64,000 nt of DNA from Acutalibacteraceae bacterium (lineage in GTDB: Bacteria; Bacillota; Clostridia; Christensenellales; CAG-138). The notes under the pieces were generated by a model. That model was not told the origin of the DNA, ran no database searches, and saw only the letters and a list, made by a program, of their open reading frames with translations. Location of the stretch: contig CAVIAA010000001.1 of NCBI GenBank assembly GCA_963640685.1, positions 2,395-66,394 on the forward strand, read 5' to 3'. The position numbers and the translations under genes are program-made. Numbering within the stretch: the stretch's first letter is position 1; every line of letters starts with the position of its first letter. This document shows positions 38,302-48,112 of the stretch, piece after piece.

Positions 38302-39516
38302 ATGACTAAGAGGGCTTATTATGAAAACGGTGCGCTGAGCTGCGAGGCTACGGTGCTGGATTGCCGGCCGGCAGAGGGCGGCTTTGAGATACTTACAGAC
38401 GTCACCTCGATCTTTCCGGAGAGCGGCGGCCAGCTTTCGGATACCGGCTTTATCGGGGATTCCAGAATATCCCACGCACGCGAGGAGGGCAGCGAGGTAT
38501 GGCACCTTGGCGATAAGCCGCTCGAGGCCGGCGCAAGGGTGAGCATAACGGCAGATGAGGAGCCGCGCAGAGATCACACGCAGCAGCACAGCGGCGAGCA
38601 TATACTCTCCGGCCTTGCGAGCAAGCTGCTCGGCGCAAAAAATGTCGGGTTTCACATGGCTGAGGACTACGCAACGATAGACCTCGATACCTCGCTTGAC
38701 GCCGAGCAGATAAAGCAGCTTCAGTGCGAGGCAAACAGGGCGGTTCAGCGCAATGTTCCCGTTACATATGAGATGGTTCAGGGGGAGGAGCTTGAGCATA
38801 TCACGCTTCGCAAGCAGGCCAAGGGGCTGAAGGGGGATATACGCATAGTGTATTTCGACGGCGGAGAGGTGGATTCCTGCACCTGCTGCGGAACTCATGT
38901 GGCATTTTCCGGCGAGGTTGGGTATATCAAGATAACCGCCCATATAAAATACAAGGGAGGCACCCGCATATGGTTCGCCTGCGGCATGAGGGCGGTCGAG
39001 GATTCGCTGCGGGACAAGGACACAGTGGATGCGCTTGCGGTGAGATTCAGCGCAAAGCAGGAGGACGTGCTCGGCGCCGTGCTCAGGCAGGGAGATGAGC
39101 TCACGGCAGCCCGGCACCAGCTCAAGGAGTGCACGGAAAGGCTGAACGGCTACATTGCATCGGAGCTCACGGCAAGGGCGGAGACCATCGGCAGCACAAA
39201 GCTCGTGATGGACGTTCAGCGGGGCAGCACGATGAACGAGCTAAAAAGCCTCGGCGATATGCTTGCAAACGACGGCGATGTGCTGGCGGTGCTCTTTGGC
39301 GCAAATGTCGACAGCCTCGTGTATCAGCTCGTTCGCGGTAAGAATGTAAGGCTCAGCATGAAAGAGCTTATTCAGGCTGTGAACGCGGCGACCGGCGGCA
39401 AGGGCGGCGGCAGGGATGAATACGCCCAGGGCAGCGCCAAGATAACTGCTTCAATGGATATCGAGGGCAGTGTGGAGAGCGTCAGAGGATACTGCCGCAG
39501 CCTGCTTAATAGCTGA
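38302..39516 (+). CDS. Alanyl-tRNA editing protein (AlaX-L type, with DHHA1 domain)
   Basis: Zinc motifs HTQQHSGEH and CCGTH. C-terminal GGKGGGRDEYAQG (DHHA1). Confidence 0.75.
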   Translation: MTKRAYYENGALSCEATVLDCRPAEGGFEILTDVTSIFPESGGQLSDTGFIGDSRISHAREEGSEVWHLGDKPLEAGARVSITADEEPRRDHTQQHSGEHILSGLASKLLGAKNVGFHMAEDYATIDLDTSLDAEQIKQLQCEANRAVQRNVPVTYEMVQGEELEHITLRKQAKGLKGDIRIVYFDGGEVDSCTCCGTHVAFSGEVGYIKITAHIKYKGGTRIWFACGMRAVEDSLRDKDTVDALAVRFSAKQEDVLGAVLRQGDELTAARHQLKECTERLNGYIASELTARAETIGSTKLVMDVQRGSTMNELKSLGDMLANDGDVLAVLFGANVDSLVYQLVRGKNVRLSMKELIQAVNAATGGKGGGRDEYAQGSAKITASMDIEGSVESVRGYCRSLLNS

Positions 39517-39547
39517 AAAAAACGCCGAAAAAACAGCGGAAACCCTG

Positions 39548-39575
39548 TTGACAAAAGCGGCGGATATGATATAAT
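39548..39575 (+). promoter_or_regulatory. Sigma-A promoter of the infC-rpmI-rplT operon
   Basis: TTGACA, 16-nt spacer, TGA-TATAAT (extended -10). Confidence 0.7.
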
Positions 39576-39579
39576 AACC

Positions 39580-39701
39580 AGTAGCAAAGCAGAGGCAGCC
39601 CGCTTCTCACCCGCCGGCGGTATTTAGCTAGGCGCGGTAAATATAGGCAACACGAGTGTGTGTTTATGTTCAGCGGGTGCTCTGGCTCGCTGAATTTTTT
39701 T
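39580..39701 (+). promoter_or_regulatory. L20-type ribosomal-protein leader with terminator/attenuator
   Basis: A structured ~120-nt leader between the promoter and infC. It ends in TTCAGCGGG-tgctctgg-CTCGCTGAA plus TTTTTTT (39669..39701), immediately before the infC RBS. Confidence 0.6.
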
Positions 39702-39721
39702 GTTATATGGAGGTGTCCACC

Positions 39722-40237
39722 ATAGCCAAGGAAGAACTTCAGATCAACGAGGAGATCCGCGATAAGGAAGTGCGCCTTATCGATGAGGAAGGCAACCAGC
39801 AGGGCGTCGTACATGTCGATGTCGCTCTCCGCATGGCAGAAGAGGCGGGGCTTGACCTCGTTAAGATAGCGCCTCAGGCTGCACCCCCGGTATGCAAAAT
39901 AATGGACTACGGCAAGTACAAGTTTGAGCAGGGCAAGCGGGAGAAGGAAGCCAAGAAGAACCAGAAGATTATTGAAATCAAGGAAGTACGGCTTTCCGCT
40001 ACAATCGATACCCACGATATGGAAGTTAAGGCCAAGGCAACCGAAAAGTTCCTCAAGAACGGGGACAAGGTAAAGGTGACTATCCGTTTCCGCGGCCGCC
40101 AGATAAAGCACGGCGACCTCGGGCTGGATGTTATGGACGCTTTCTACGATATGGTCAAGGACAGTGCTGCGATCGACCGCCCTGCAAAGCAGGAGGGACG
40201 CAATATGTTCATGATATTAACACCCAAAACCAATTAA
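39722..40237 (+). CDS. infC: Translation initiation factor IF-3, non-canonical AUA start
   Basis: [24 protein letters not shown]... is the conserved IF-3 N-terminus. GGAGGTG lies 6 nt before the ATA at 39722. The upstream ATG at 39707 overlaps the RBS. Confidence 0.88.
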   Translation: MAKEELQINEEIRDKEVRLIDEEGNQQGVVHVDVALRMAEEAGLDLVKIAPQAAPPVCKIMDYGKYKFEQGKREKEAKKNQKIIEIKEVRLSATIDTHDMEVKAKATEKFLKNGDKVKVTIRFRGRQIKHGDLGLDVMDAFYDMVKDSAAIDRPAKQEGRNMFMILTPKTN

Positions 40238-40254
40238 CACAGGAGGAATACCCC

Positions 40255-40452
40255 ATGCCGAAAATCAAGACCCATAGGGGTGCCGCAAAACGCTTCAGCG
40301 TTACCAAGTCCGGCAAGATCAAGAGAGCAAAGGCTTACAAGAGCCACATTCTTACCAAAAAGACCACTAAGCGCGGGCGCAGACTGCGTAAGGGCGGCTT
40401 TATTGCTGAGTGCGAAGCCAAGAAGGTTCGCGAGCTGATACCTTATAAGTAG
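40255..40452 (+). CDS. rpmI: 50S ribosomal protein L35
   Basis: [14 protein letters not shown]... signature. Confidence 0.96.
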   Translation: MPKIKTHRGAAKRFSVTKSGKIKRAKAYKSHILTKKTTKRGRRLRKGGFIAECEAKKVRELIPYK

Positions 40453-40465
40453 GAGGAAATGAAAA

Positions 40466-40822
40466 ATGGCAAGAATCAAGAGAGCAGTCAACGCCGTTAA
40501 AAAGCGCCGCAAGGTTTTTAAGCTGTCCAAGGGCTACTACGGAGCCAAGAGCAAGCAGTACCGCGCAGCCTCCCAGCAGGTAATGCGTTCCATGGCTTAC
40601 GCCTATGTCGGCCGTAAGCTCAAGAAGCGTGAATACCGCAAGCTGTGGATTGCCCGTATCAACGCAGGTGCACGCATCTGCGGAACCACCTACAGCCGCA
40701 TGATAGACGGCCTCAAGAAGGCCGGCGTGGATGTAAACCGCAAGGTACTGGCCGATCTCGCAGTAAACGATATGGCAGCCTTCAAGAAGCTGGCCGATAT
40801 CGCAGTTGAGGCAAGGGCGTAA
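40466..40822 (+). CDS. rplT: 50S ribosomal protein L20
   Basis: [17 protein letters not shown]...GYYGAKS signature. Confidence 0.96.
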   Translation: MARIKRAVNAVKKRRKVFKLSKGYYGAKSKQYRAASQQVMRSMAYAYVGRKLKKREYRKLWIARINAGARICGTTYSRMIDGLKKAGVDVNRKVLADLAVNDMAAFKKLADIAVEARA

Positions 40823-40839
40823 TTAAACTTAAAAGAAAT

Positions 40840-40866
40840 GGCGCAGTCGATGGCTGCGCCGTTTTT
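40840..40866 (+). terminator. Intrinsic terminator after rplT
   Basis: GGCGCAG-tcgatgg-CTGCGCC-G-TTTTT. Confidence 0.8.
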
Positions 40867-40889
40867 GGCTTAATGAGGGGGGAGGCATA

Positions 40890-41639
40890 ATGCTCATACA
40901 AAGCACACAAAACCCGGCGGTAAAGCGTATGCGCTCGCTTTTGACCAAAAAAGGACGCAGGGAGAGGGGCTTGCACCTTATCGAGGGCGAAAGGCTGGTA
41001 AGCGAGGCGGCGGCCTCCGGCGCAAAAATAGAATGCGTGTTTACCGAGGAGGGGAGAATGCCTGTTTACTGCGGCTGCGGCAGCGTATACGAGGCGCCGC
41101 GGCATGTGATGGAGAGCATTTCGGATACCGAAACGCCGCAGGGAATATGTGCCGCGGTAAGGACACCCTCGCTGCAGCCGCCGGCGGAGTACCCGGAGGG
41201 CATGATAATTGCGCTGGACTGCGTTCAGGATCCGGGCAATATGGGTACCGTCATACGCACGGCGGACGCTATGGGTGCCGCAGGCATACTCTTGGGTGCG
41301 GGCTGTGCCGACCCGTTCAGCCCAAAGGCACTTCGCTCCACGATGGGCAGCATATACCACATACCGATATGGCAGGGCGAGCTTGTGACGGAGCTTGCGC
41401 GGCTCAGGGACTGCGGCTTTTGCCTGATATGCGGCCACCTCGAGGGCGGCGAAGAGCTGCCGAAGCCGGGCAAGCGCTGCGTGCTGATAATAGGCAACGA
41501 GGGCAACGGCGTATCGGACGAGGTCGCAGCGCTCTGCAATAAATACAGATTGCCGATGTTCGGCCGGGCGGAAAGCCTCAATGCCTCTGTTGCCGCAGGG
41601 ATAATCATGTACGAAATTGCCCGGGAAATGAGAAGATAA
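40890..41639 (+). CDS. TrmH/SpoU family RNA 2'-O-methyltransferase
   Basis: LDCVQDPGNMGTVIRTADAMG, IIGNEGNGVS and SLNASVAAGIIMYE motifs. Confidence 0.85.
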   Translation: MLIQSTQNPAVKRMRSLLTKKGRRERGLHLIEGERLVSEAAASGAKIECVFTEEGRMPVYCGCGSVYEAPRHVMESISDTETPQGICAAVRTPSLQPPAEYPEGMIIALDCVQDPGNMGTVIRTADAMGAAGILLGAGCADPFSPKALRSTMGSIYHIPIWQGELVTELARLRDCGFCLICGHLEGGEELPKPGKRCVLIIGNEGNGVSDEVAALCNKYRLPMFGRAESLNASVAAGIIMYEIAREMRR

Positions 41640-41674
41640 AGCGTATATACACAAATAAAAGGAGATGTATTTTC

Positions 41675-42088
41675 ATGTGGTTCGTTTGTGCTTTGCTAAG
41701 CGCCGTTTTTGCCGCTGCGACCTCTATTTTGGCGAAGATCGGCATAGACGGGGTGGACTCAAACCTGGCAACGGCTATACGAACGATAGTGGTCGTGGTG
41801 ATGGCCTGGATAATGGTGCTCATAACCGGCCAGCAGGGCGGAATAAACGAGATAACGCCCAAGAGCTGGCTGTTCCTCTGCCTTTCGGGTATAGCCACAG
41901 GCGCGTCGTGGCTCTGCTACTATAAGGCGATACAGATAGGCGAGGTGAGTAAGGTCGTGCCGGTGGACAAGCTGAGCGTAGTCATAACGCTGATACTTGC
42001 GTTTGTGTTCCTGCATGAAAAATTCACATTAAAAAGCGCCGTTGGCGCTGCACTGATAACCGCGGGGACACTTGTAATGGTGCTGTAA
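41675..42088 (+). CDS. Small EamA-domain (DMT superfamily) membrane protein
   Basis: 137 aa with four TM segments and a single EamA-like repeat. Confidence 0.7.
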   Translation: MWFVCALLSAVFAAATSILAKIGIDGVDSNLATAIRTIVVVVMAWIMVLITGQQGGINEITPKSWLFLCLSGIATGASWLCYYKAIQIGEVSKVVPVDKLSVVITLILAFVFLHEKFTLKSAVGAALITAGTLVMVL

Positions 42089-42093
42089 CGCCG

Positions 42094-42128
42094 AAAAAAA
42101 ACAAAGGCGGGGGAATGCCCCGCCTTTT
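42094..42128. terminator. Bidirectional terminator
   Basis: AAAAAAAACAAAGGCGGGGGAATGCCCCGCCTTTT. Confidence 0.8.
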
Positions 42129-42140
42129 GTGTACAGCGAT

Positions 42141-42725
42141 TTAAGTCCTTTTCGCCCTCTGCCAGTCCGGGCAGATGCCGACGTTTGCGAGCATATGGTA
42201 CAGCTTATGCATGGGCATGCCGATTATCGTAAAGTAGCAGCCCTCAACGCGCTTTACGAACACCGCGGCGGGGCCCTGTATGCCGTATGCTCCCGCCTTA
42301 TCCAGCGGCTCGCCGGAGGCGACATAGGCGCGTGTGTCCTCCTCGGGTATTTCCTCCATCGTTACCATTGTCGTGTCGTGGCATAGCTGCGTGCTGCCGT
42401 CTGTAAGCACGGCAACGCCGGTATATACCGTGTGCGTTCTGCCGGAGAGCTTTTTGAGTATGCGAACGGCGTCCTCCTCGTCGCGGGGCTTGCCGATTAT
42501 CTCTCCGTCCAGCCAAACTATCGTATCCGCGCCGACGATGCAGGCGCCAGGGTGAGCCTGCTTTACAGCCTCTGCCTTGCGGAGAGCAAGCTGCTCAACA
42601 AAGCTGCCGGGCTCGCCTAAGGGTATGTTTTCGTCGGCATCGCTGGTTACGGCGGTATAGTCGAGACCTACGAGCTTGAAAAGCTCCCTCCTCCTTGGGG
42701 ACTGGGAGGCAAGTATAAGTTCCAT
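42141..42725 (-). CDS. maf: Maf-family nucleoside triphosphate pyrophosphatase
   Basis: LILASQSPRRRELF...GADTIV...KAGAYGIQG motifs. Confidence 0.92.
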   Translation of the reverse strand: MELILASQSPRRRELFKLVGLDYTAVTSDADENIPLGEPGSFVEQLALRKAEAVKQAHPGACIVGADTIVWLDGEIIGKPRDEEDAVRILKKLSGRTHTVYTGVAVLTDGSTQLCHDTTMVTMEEIPEEDTRAYVASGEPLDKAGAYGIQGPAAVFVKRVEGCYFTIIGMPMHKLYHMLANVGICPDWQRAKRT

Positions 42726-42852
42726 ATATGTATCACCTCAAGATCATTGTCGAATAATCATATCACAGCGCGTACACAAACGCAAACCCGAACAGTATAC
42801 CCAAGGCAATATGTGGAAATACTCCTGATGAAGACAATACGGAGGTATTTTT

Positions 42853-43896
42853 ATGTTCGGAATAAAGCTCTTGAGGGATATATTCGGCGAGGCGCTGGCG
42901 CTGGATCTCGGCACGGTGAATACCCTTGCGGCGATACAGGGCAGGGGTATAGTGCTAAGGGAGCCCAGCGCGGTGGCGGTCTCGACCGGCGACGACAGGG
43001 AAATACTGGAGCTTGGCGGCAGGGCAATGCTCATGCTCGGCCGAACGCCGGGCCAAATGACGGTAAGCTACCCAATACGGGATGGAGTTATAGCGGATAT
43101 GACGCTTGCAGAGGCGATGATACGCTACTGCATAGCTGAGGCGCTGGGCAGGAAAGCGGGGCCGGTCGGCATACGGCTTGCGCTGTGCCTGCCGCTGTGC
43201 GTTAACGACATAGAGCGCCGGGCACTTATGGAGGCTGCGAAAAACGCTGGGGCGAGGGAGATAGCCGTGCTGAACGAGGCACTTGCCGCGGCGATAGGCG
43301 CAGGGCTGCCGGTCAGCGAACCGGTGGGCAGCATGGTCGTGGATATAGGCGGCGGCACGACGGACTCTGCGGTGGTCGCGCTCGGCGGCATAGCCTGCCA
43401 TAAATCGGTGCGCACCGGCGGCACGCATATCGACAGAGCCATAGCGGACTATTTGGCACACGAATACCGCCTCAGCATAGGCGAGAGAACGGCGGAGCAG
43501 ATAAAGCTGACGCTGGGCAGCGCCCTTATGGGCGGCGATGCGCGCATGGAGGTTCGGGGCAGAAGCATGGCGAGCGGCCTTCCGGAGAGCATAAGCGTGA
43601 ATCAGGGCGAGATAAGCTACGCGATAATGAAACCCATGCGCAGGATATTGAACGCCGTAAGGGAAACGCTTGCGGATACGCCGCCGGAGCTTGCGGGGGA
43701 CATATACTCAAACGGTATAACGCTGACGGGCGGCGGGGCGCTGCTGGATGGGCTGGACGAGCTTATGAGCCGGGAGACCGGCATGGAGGTGCGGGTCGCG
43801 GACTCGGCAGAGAGCTGCGTCGTGCTCGGCGCACTAAAGGCGCTGGATATGCGGGACAGGATAGACTGCATACACGACGGAGAGCTGACGGCGTAA
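42853..43896 (+). CDS. mreB: Rod-shape-determining protein MreB
   Basis: Actin-fold motifs LALDLGTVNT and VVDIGGGTTD. Confidence 0.92.
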   Translation: MFGIKLLRDIFGEALALDLGTVNTLAAIQGRGIVLREPSAVAVSTGDDREILELGGRAMLMLGRTPGQMTVSYPIRDGVIADMTLAEAMIRYCIAEALGRKAGPVGIRLALCLPLCVNDIERRALMEAAKNAGAREIAVLNEALAAAIGAGLPVSEPVGSMVVDIGGGTTDSAVVALGGIACHKSVRTGGTHIDRAIADYLAHEYRLSIGERTAEQIKLTLGSALMGGDARMEVRGRSMASGLPESISVNQGEISYAIMKPMRRILNAVRETLADTPPELAGDIYSNGITLTGGGALLDGLDELMSRETGMEVRVADSAESCVVLGALKALDMRDRIDCIHDGELTA

Positions 43897-44063
43897 CTAA
43901 ATAATGGCAGAAAGTGCCGCGTTTTTTAAACAAATGTAACGAATTGCCGCCATGCCTTGCACATGGCGGCGCTTACATTTATAATAACTATCGGAGTTTT
44001 ATAGCGAAACAGCCTTTTTCGCCCGGGAGAGATCTAACGGGCATTTTGATAAGGAGTAGATAG

Positions 44064-44930
44064 ATGAACGGTTTTTTCAGGAGCAGGGGCTTCATCGTGA
44101 TATTGGCAGTTGTAGCGGTGCTGTCCGTGCTCATAGCGGCTACATACCGAGACAGGGCGAAGGTGTCGTTTATTGAGGACGCCGTGAACTCTGTCGTGAA
44201 GCCGGTGCAGAGCTTTTCGGTGAGAGCATCCAACTCCATAGCCGGCTTTTTTGAGCGGGTGTTCAGCTCAACAGACCTCGACAAGGAAAACGAGCAGCTC
44301 AAGGTCAGGCTTGCACAGTATGAAATAATCGAGAGCGAGCTGGAGACGATACGCGAGGAAAACACAAGGCTCAAGGAGCTGCTGAACTATACTGACATCA
44401 CCGATAATTACAGTTATATAACCTCTACCGTAATAGGCAAGAGCCAGGGCATATGGTTCAGCGAGTTCACGCTGAATGCCGGCCGCAAGCACGGCGTTGA
44501 GGAAAATATGGCGGTGGTCAATTCTGAGGGGCTGGTCGGCAGGGTAAGCTCGGTCAGCGCAACCACATGCAAGGTCGTTGCCATAATAGACGGCACATCC
44601 GATATCAGCGTGATGGTTGAGCGCACAAGGGACTACGGCTTTGCGCGCGGCATACTGAGCACCAACAGCGATGAAACGCTGGAGCTTTATTACCTGCCCA
44701 GCGGCTATGATCTGGTTCCCGGGGATACCATAGTGACATCAGGCATAGGCGGAATCTTCCCAAAGGGCATAGCTGTAGGCACGGTAACTGAGGTTTCCCG
44801 CGCAAGCGATAACGCAACCGAGGAAAGGAACGCGATAATCGAGCCGGCAGTGGATTTCCTCAGGCTGGAGGAGGTAATGATAGTAAAGGTAGACGAACAA
44901 GAACAGAGCAAGGAGGAGACACCGGAATAA
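44064..44930 (+). CDS. mreC: Rod-shape-determining protein MreC
   Basis: N-terminal TM segment, a coiled coil (ENEQLKVRLAQYE...) and GDTIVTSGIGGIFPKGIAVG. Confidence 0.88.
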   Translation: MNGFFRSRGFIVILAVVAVLSVLIAATYRDRAKVSFIEDAVNSVVKPVQSFSVRASNSIAGFFERVFSSTDLDKENEQLKVRLAQYEIIESELETIREENTRLKELLNYTDITDNYSYITSTVIGKSQGIWFSEFTLNAGRKHGVEENMAVVNSEGLVGRVSSVSATTCKVVAIIDGTSDISVMVERTRDYGFARGILSTNSDETLELYYLPSGYDLVPGDTIVTSGIGGIFPKGIAVGTVTEVSRASDNATEERNAIIEPAVDFLRLEEVMIVKVDEQEQSKEETPE

Positions 44931-45448
44931 TGTACCGGCTGTATGCGGCAATAAGCATAGCTATAGGCATATATTTGGATTCCGTGCTGTTTGCAAGGGT
45001 GAACATATTCGGCGTTGTTCCGGATTGCGTGCTGGTCGTTATAGTGTGCATGGGCATACTGCTCGGAGCTAACGAAGCGGCGGCGGTAGGGTGCGTAACA
45101 GGGCTGTTGATAGATGTGATCTTCGGCAGGGCGGTAGGCATAAACGCCATAGCTTATATGGCCTCGGGCGCAGTCGGCGGTATATTCTACAAAAAGTACT
45201 TTGCGGATAACATCATAGTGCCGGTGCTGACGGTCGGCGTGTGCGCGCTGTTCAAGGAGAACCTTATGGCGGTGCTTACAAAGGCCGTTGGAGGCAGATT
45301 TTCATATTTTGAAATGCTTATAACCTATGTGATACCCTCTGCGCTTATGAGCGCAATACTGTGCGTGCCGGCGCACGCGCTGCTGAAGCCGAGGCTGCTG
45401 GTTTCCGCTAAAAAACGCTACGACAGGAGCGCCGGAGGTATAAAGTAA
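44930..45448 (+). CDS. mreD: Rod-shape-determining protein MreD
   Basis: 172-aa polytopic protein. Its start overlaps the mreC stop (ATGA-type junction), and its position is the conserved one. Confidence 0.7.
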   Translation: MYRLYAAISIAIGIYLDSVLFARVNIFGVVPDCVLVVIVCMGILLGANEAAAVGCVTGLLIDVIFGRAVGINAIAYMASGAVGGIFYKKYFADNIIVPVLTVGVCALFKENLMAVLTKAVGGRFSYFEMLITYVIPSALMSAILCVPAHALLKPRLLVSAKKRYDRSAGGIK

Positions 45449-48051
45449 TGAAGGACGGAACATCGAGATTTATTATAATATCGCTGGTGCTGCTCGGCCT
45501 GATGGGCGCGCTGATAGGTAAGCTGCGAGAGGTCACGATAGTCGAGGGAGCGCAGTACGCGGAGGCCGCGTCAAACACCAGCAAGAGCTCAATAGACATA
45601 AAGGGGACCCGTGGCAGGATACTCGACCGCAACGGCGTCGTTCTCGCTTACAGCAAGAACAGCTACAACGTTGAGTTTTTGCGTAACGCGGATAACAGAA
45701 CGGATTACGACTCCGCGACCTATACCGATTCAATAATCAAGGCGATAAAGATAATCGAGGACGGCGGCGGAAAGACGATAGATACCTCCTATATAAAGAA
45801 GGACGAGGAGGGAAACATAGTTTACGATTGGGGCGTTGAAAGCAGGGCGGCTCAGGTGGCGAGGTACAAGAACTTCTGTCAGGCCATGGGCTTTGATATA
45901 TCGACATCACTTACCAAAAACGAGAAGATATCCGACAAGGCACTATGGGATACCAGCACATGGCCGACGGCGGAGGAGGCGTATACAAAGCTGCGGGCGC
46001 TGTGGTTCATACCGGAAAATCTGTCCTTTGAGGAGGCAAACAAGGTAATATCCATACGGCAGGAGGTGCTGCTTAACAACTACCGTGCGTATGAGCCGAT
46101 AACCATAGCTTACGATGTGAGCATGGAGGTCGTTGCGGAAATAAAGATGCGTGCGGACGAGCTGACCGGCCTGCAGACCAGCCAGAGCACAACGAGGGTA
46201 TATCCGAGGGGCACGACCGCGGCGCATATACTCGGCTACCTCGGCAGAACGGCTACCGAGGAGATGGTAAAGGAGCAGGGGTATTCCTACGATGATTATA
46301 TCGGCGTATCCGGCATAGAGTACACAATGGAGCAATACCTGACAGGCTCAACAAACGAGCGCAAGGGCAAGCGTGAGCTTGAACGCAACAAAAACGGCAG
46401 CGAAATAAGGGAGCTTTCGTATACGCCCGCAAAAGACGGTGACGATGTTATGCTCACCATAGACATAAACTTCCAGAGCGTGGTGGAAAAGGCATTGGAG
46501 AATCTCATAGCCGAAATAGACGCGAAGGAAGAGCAGAAGCTGACCCAGAACCACGACGATTATGACAAAAAGACCAACGGTAAGGCGGATGACATAAAGA
46601 CGGCCAAGACCGGAGCGGCGGTCGTTATGAACGTAAACACCGGTCAGGTGCTGGCGATGGCATCTTATCCATCCTTTAACCCAAACTGGTTCATATCCGG
46701 CCTGAGCACCGAGCAGGCGGCGGAGCTTTTTAACAGCGACTACTCGGCGGAGACTACGCCCACACGAAACAAGGCGATATCTACAAAGCTGGCGCCGGGC
46801 TCGATATTCAAGATGGTCACGGGCATAGCCGCCGCAGCGGAGGGCGTGCTGGATATAGACGAGCGAATAAGCTGCCAGTGGGAGTATATAATCAAATACA
46901 CCGATGAAAACGGCGTTGAAAAGACAATCGAATCAAACGCGCCTAAATGCCACCTGACGAGCCGGAGCAAGATTGGCCAGCATGCCGACCAGACGCTGGC
47001 GGACGCCATAAAGAACTCCTGCAACTATTACTTCTGCGAGGCGGCATACAGGCTGGGTATCGATAAGCTGAATGAATGGGCAGGCAAGTTTGGCCTGACC
47101 AGCAAGACGGGGATAGAGCTTACCGGCGAAACGGAGGGCATAGTCGGCGGGCAGAAGGTGCTTTTTGACAACTCCCTCGTGGGCGAGGACGGTACACTGG
47201 ATATATCCAACCAGAAGACCAGCCTTCCGAGCCTTGTATACCGCAAGCTGAAGGAAACGCTGGTAAAGTTCGTTGAAAGCCGGAACACCGACGTTGACGA
47301 GGCGGCGGTCGAACGCTGTGCGAAGCGGCTCATGGAGCTACAGGACGGCGACATAACCAACAAGGGACCCGAGATAAGGCGCATAATCAGCGAGGAGATA
47401 GACATTCCCGAGGGCATAACGCAGATGCGCAAGGACTGGGTGAACAGCATATCCTCGTTGCTCAACGAGATACAGTGGAAATCCACCCAGACCATACGAG
47501 CGGGCTTCGGCCAGGGCACAACGCTGGTCACTCCTATCGCAGTAGCGCGCTATGTAAGCGCCCTTGCAAACCATGGAACGGTATATGACGTTCATATAGT
47601 GGATAAGGTTATCGACAGCAGCGGCGCAACGGTTAAAAACGTGACCCCGAGCATATACAATCAGATAAACATATCCGATGATATATGGGAAGCGGTGAGC
47701 ACCGGAATGAAGGGCGTTGTTTCGCCGGAGGACGGCGGCACGGCATCCAGCGCCTTTAAGGATTATTCGGAGTTCAAAAAGAAATACATCGATACAGAGA
47801 TGTTCGGCGGAAAGACCGGCTCCGCCCAGATAGGCCTTCGGTCGATCAACATAGACATAGAGAATACGTCCTGGTTCGTGGCCTTTGCGCCGCGTGAGCA
47901 GCCGGAAATAGCGATAGTTATATGCGTACCGTACGGGCTTTCGGGCTCCTCCAGCGTTCCGGCGATAGTGGACATACTAACGTATTACTTTGGCCAGACG
48001 GAGAACGCGGCGCCGGAGAACCTCGTGGCGATAAACGGCCTGACGGAATAA
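45448..48051 (+). CDS. mrdA: Penicillin-binding protein 2 (elongasome transpeptidase)
   Basis: SxxK (PGSIFK), SxN (NSCN) and KTG (GKTGSA) motifs. It follows mreD with overlapping stop and start. Confidence 0.88.
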   Translation: MKDGTSRFIIISLVLLGLMGALIGKLREVTIVEGAQYAEAASNTSKSSIDIKGTRGRILDRNGVVLAYSKNSYNVEFLRNADNRTDYDSATYTDSIIKAIKIIEDGGGKTIDTSYIKKDEEGNIVYDWGVESRAAQVARYKNFCQAMGFDISTSLTKNEKISDKALWDTSTWPTAEEAYTKLRALWFIPENLSFEEANKVISIRQEVLLNNYRAYEPITIAYDVSMEVVAEIKMRADELTGLQTSQSTTRVYPRGTTAAHILGYLGRTATEEMVKEQGYSYDDYIGVSGIEYTMEQYLTGSTNERKGKRELERNKNGSEIRELSYTPAKDGDDVMLTIDINFQSVVEKALENLIAEIDAKEEQKLTQNHDDYDKKTNGKADDIKTAKTGAAVVMNVNTGQVLAMASYPSFNPNWFISGLSTEQAAELFNSDYSAETTPTRNKAISTKLAPGSIFKMVTGIAAAAEGVLDIDERISCQWEYIIKYTDENGVEKTIESNAPKCHLTSRSKIGQHADQTLADAIKNSCNYYFCEAAYRLGIDKLNEWAGKFGLTSKTGIELTGETEGIVGGQKVLFDNSLVGEDGTLDISNQKTSLPSLVYRKLKETLVKFVESRNTDVDEAAVERCAKRLMELQDGDITNKGPEIRRIISEEIDIPEGITQMRKDWVNSISSLLNEIQWKSTQTIRAGFGQGTTLVTPIAVARYVSALANHGTVYDVHIVDKVIDSSGATVKNVTPSIYNQINISDDIWEAVSTGMKGVVSPEDGGTASSAFKDYSEFKKKYIDTEMFGGKTGSAQIGLRSINIDIENTSWFVAFAPREQPEIAIVICVPYGLSGSSSVPAIVDILTYYFGQTENAAPENLVAINGLTE

Positions 48052-48067
48052 ACAGAAAAGTACATAC

Positions 48068-48099
48068 AAAAACAGGGCAGCTCACGCTACCCTGTTTTT
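48068..48099. terminator. Bidirectional terminator
   Basis: AAAAACAGGGCAGC-tcac-GCTACCCTGTTTTT. Confidence 0.8.
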
Positions 48100-48112
48100 A
48101 TGCTCGGTTTTG

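Noticed and set aside
37014-39117. Minus-strand ORFs 37014..38126 and 38269..39117.
   Set aside because: They are antisense to the PrsA-like and AlaX-like genes and have shadow-ORF composition.
39656-39721. Upstream extension of infC (track start 39656; ATG 39707).
   Set aside because: The extension runs through the leader terminator and the RBS. The conserved IF-3 N-terminus begins at the ATA at 39722, at ideal spacing from GGAGGTG.
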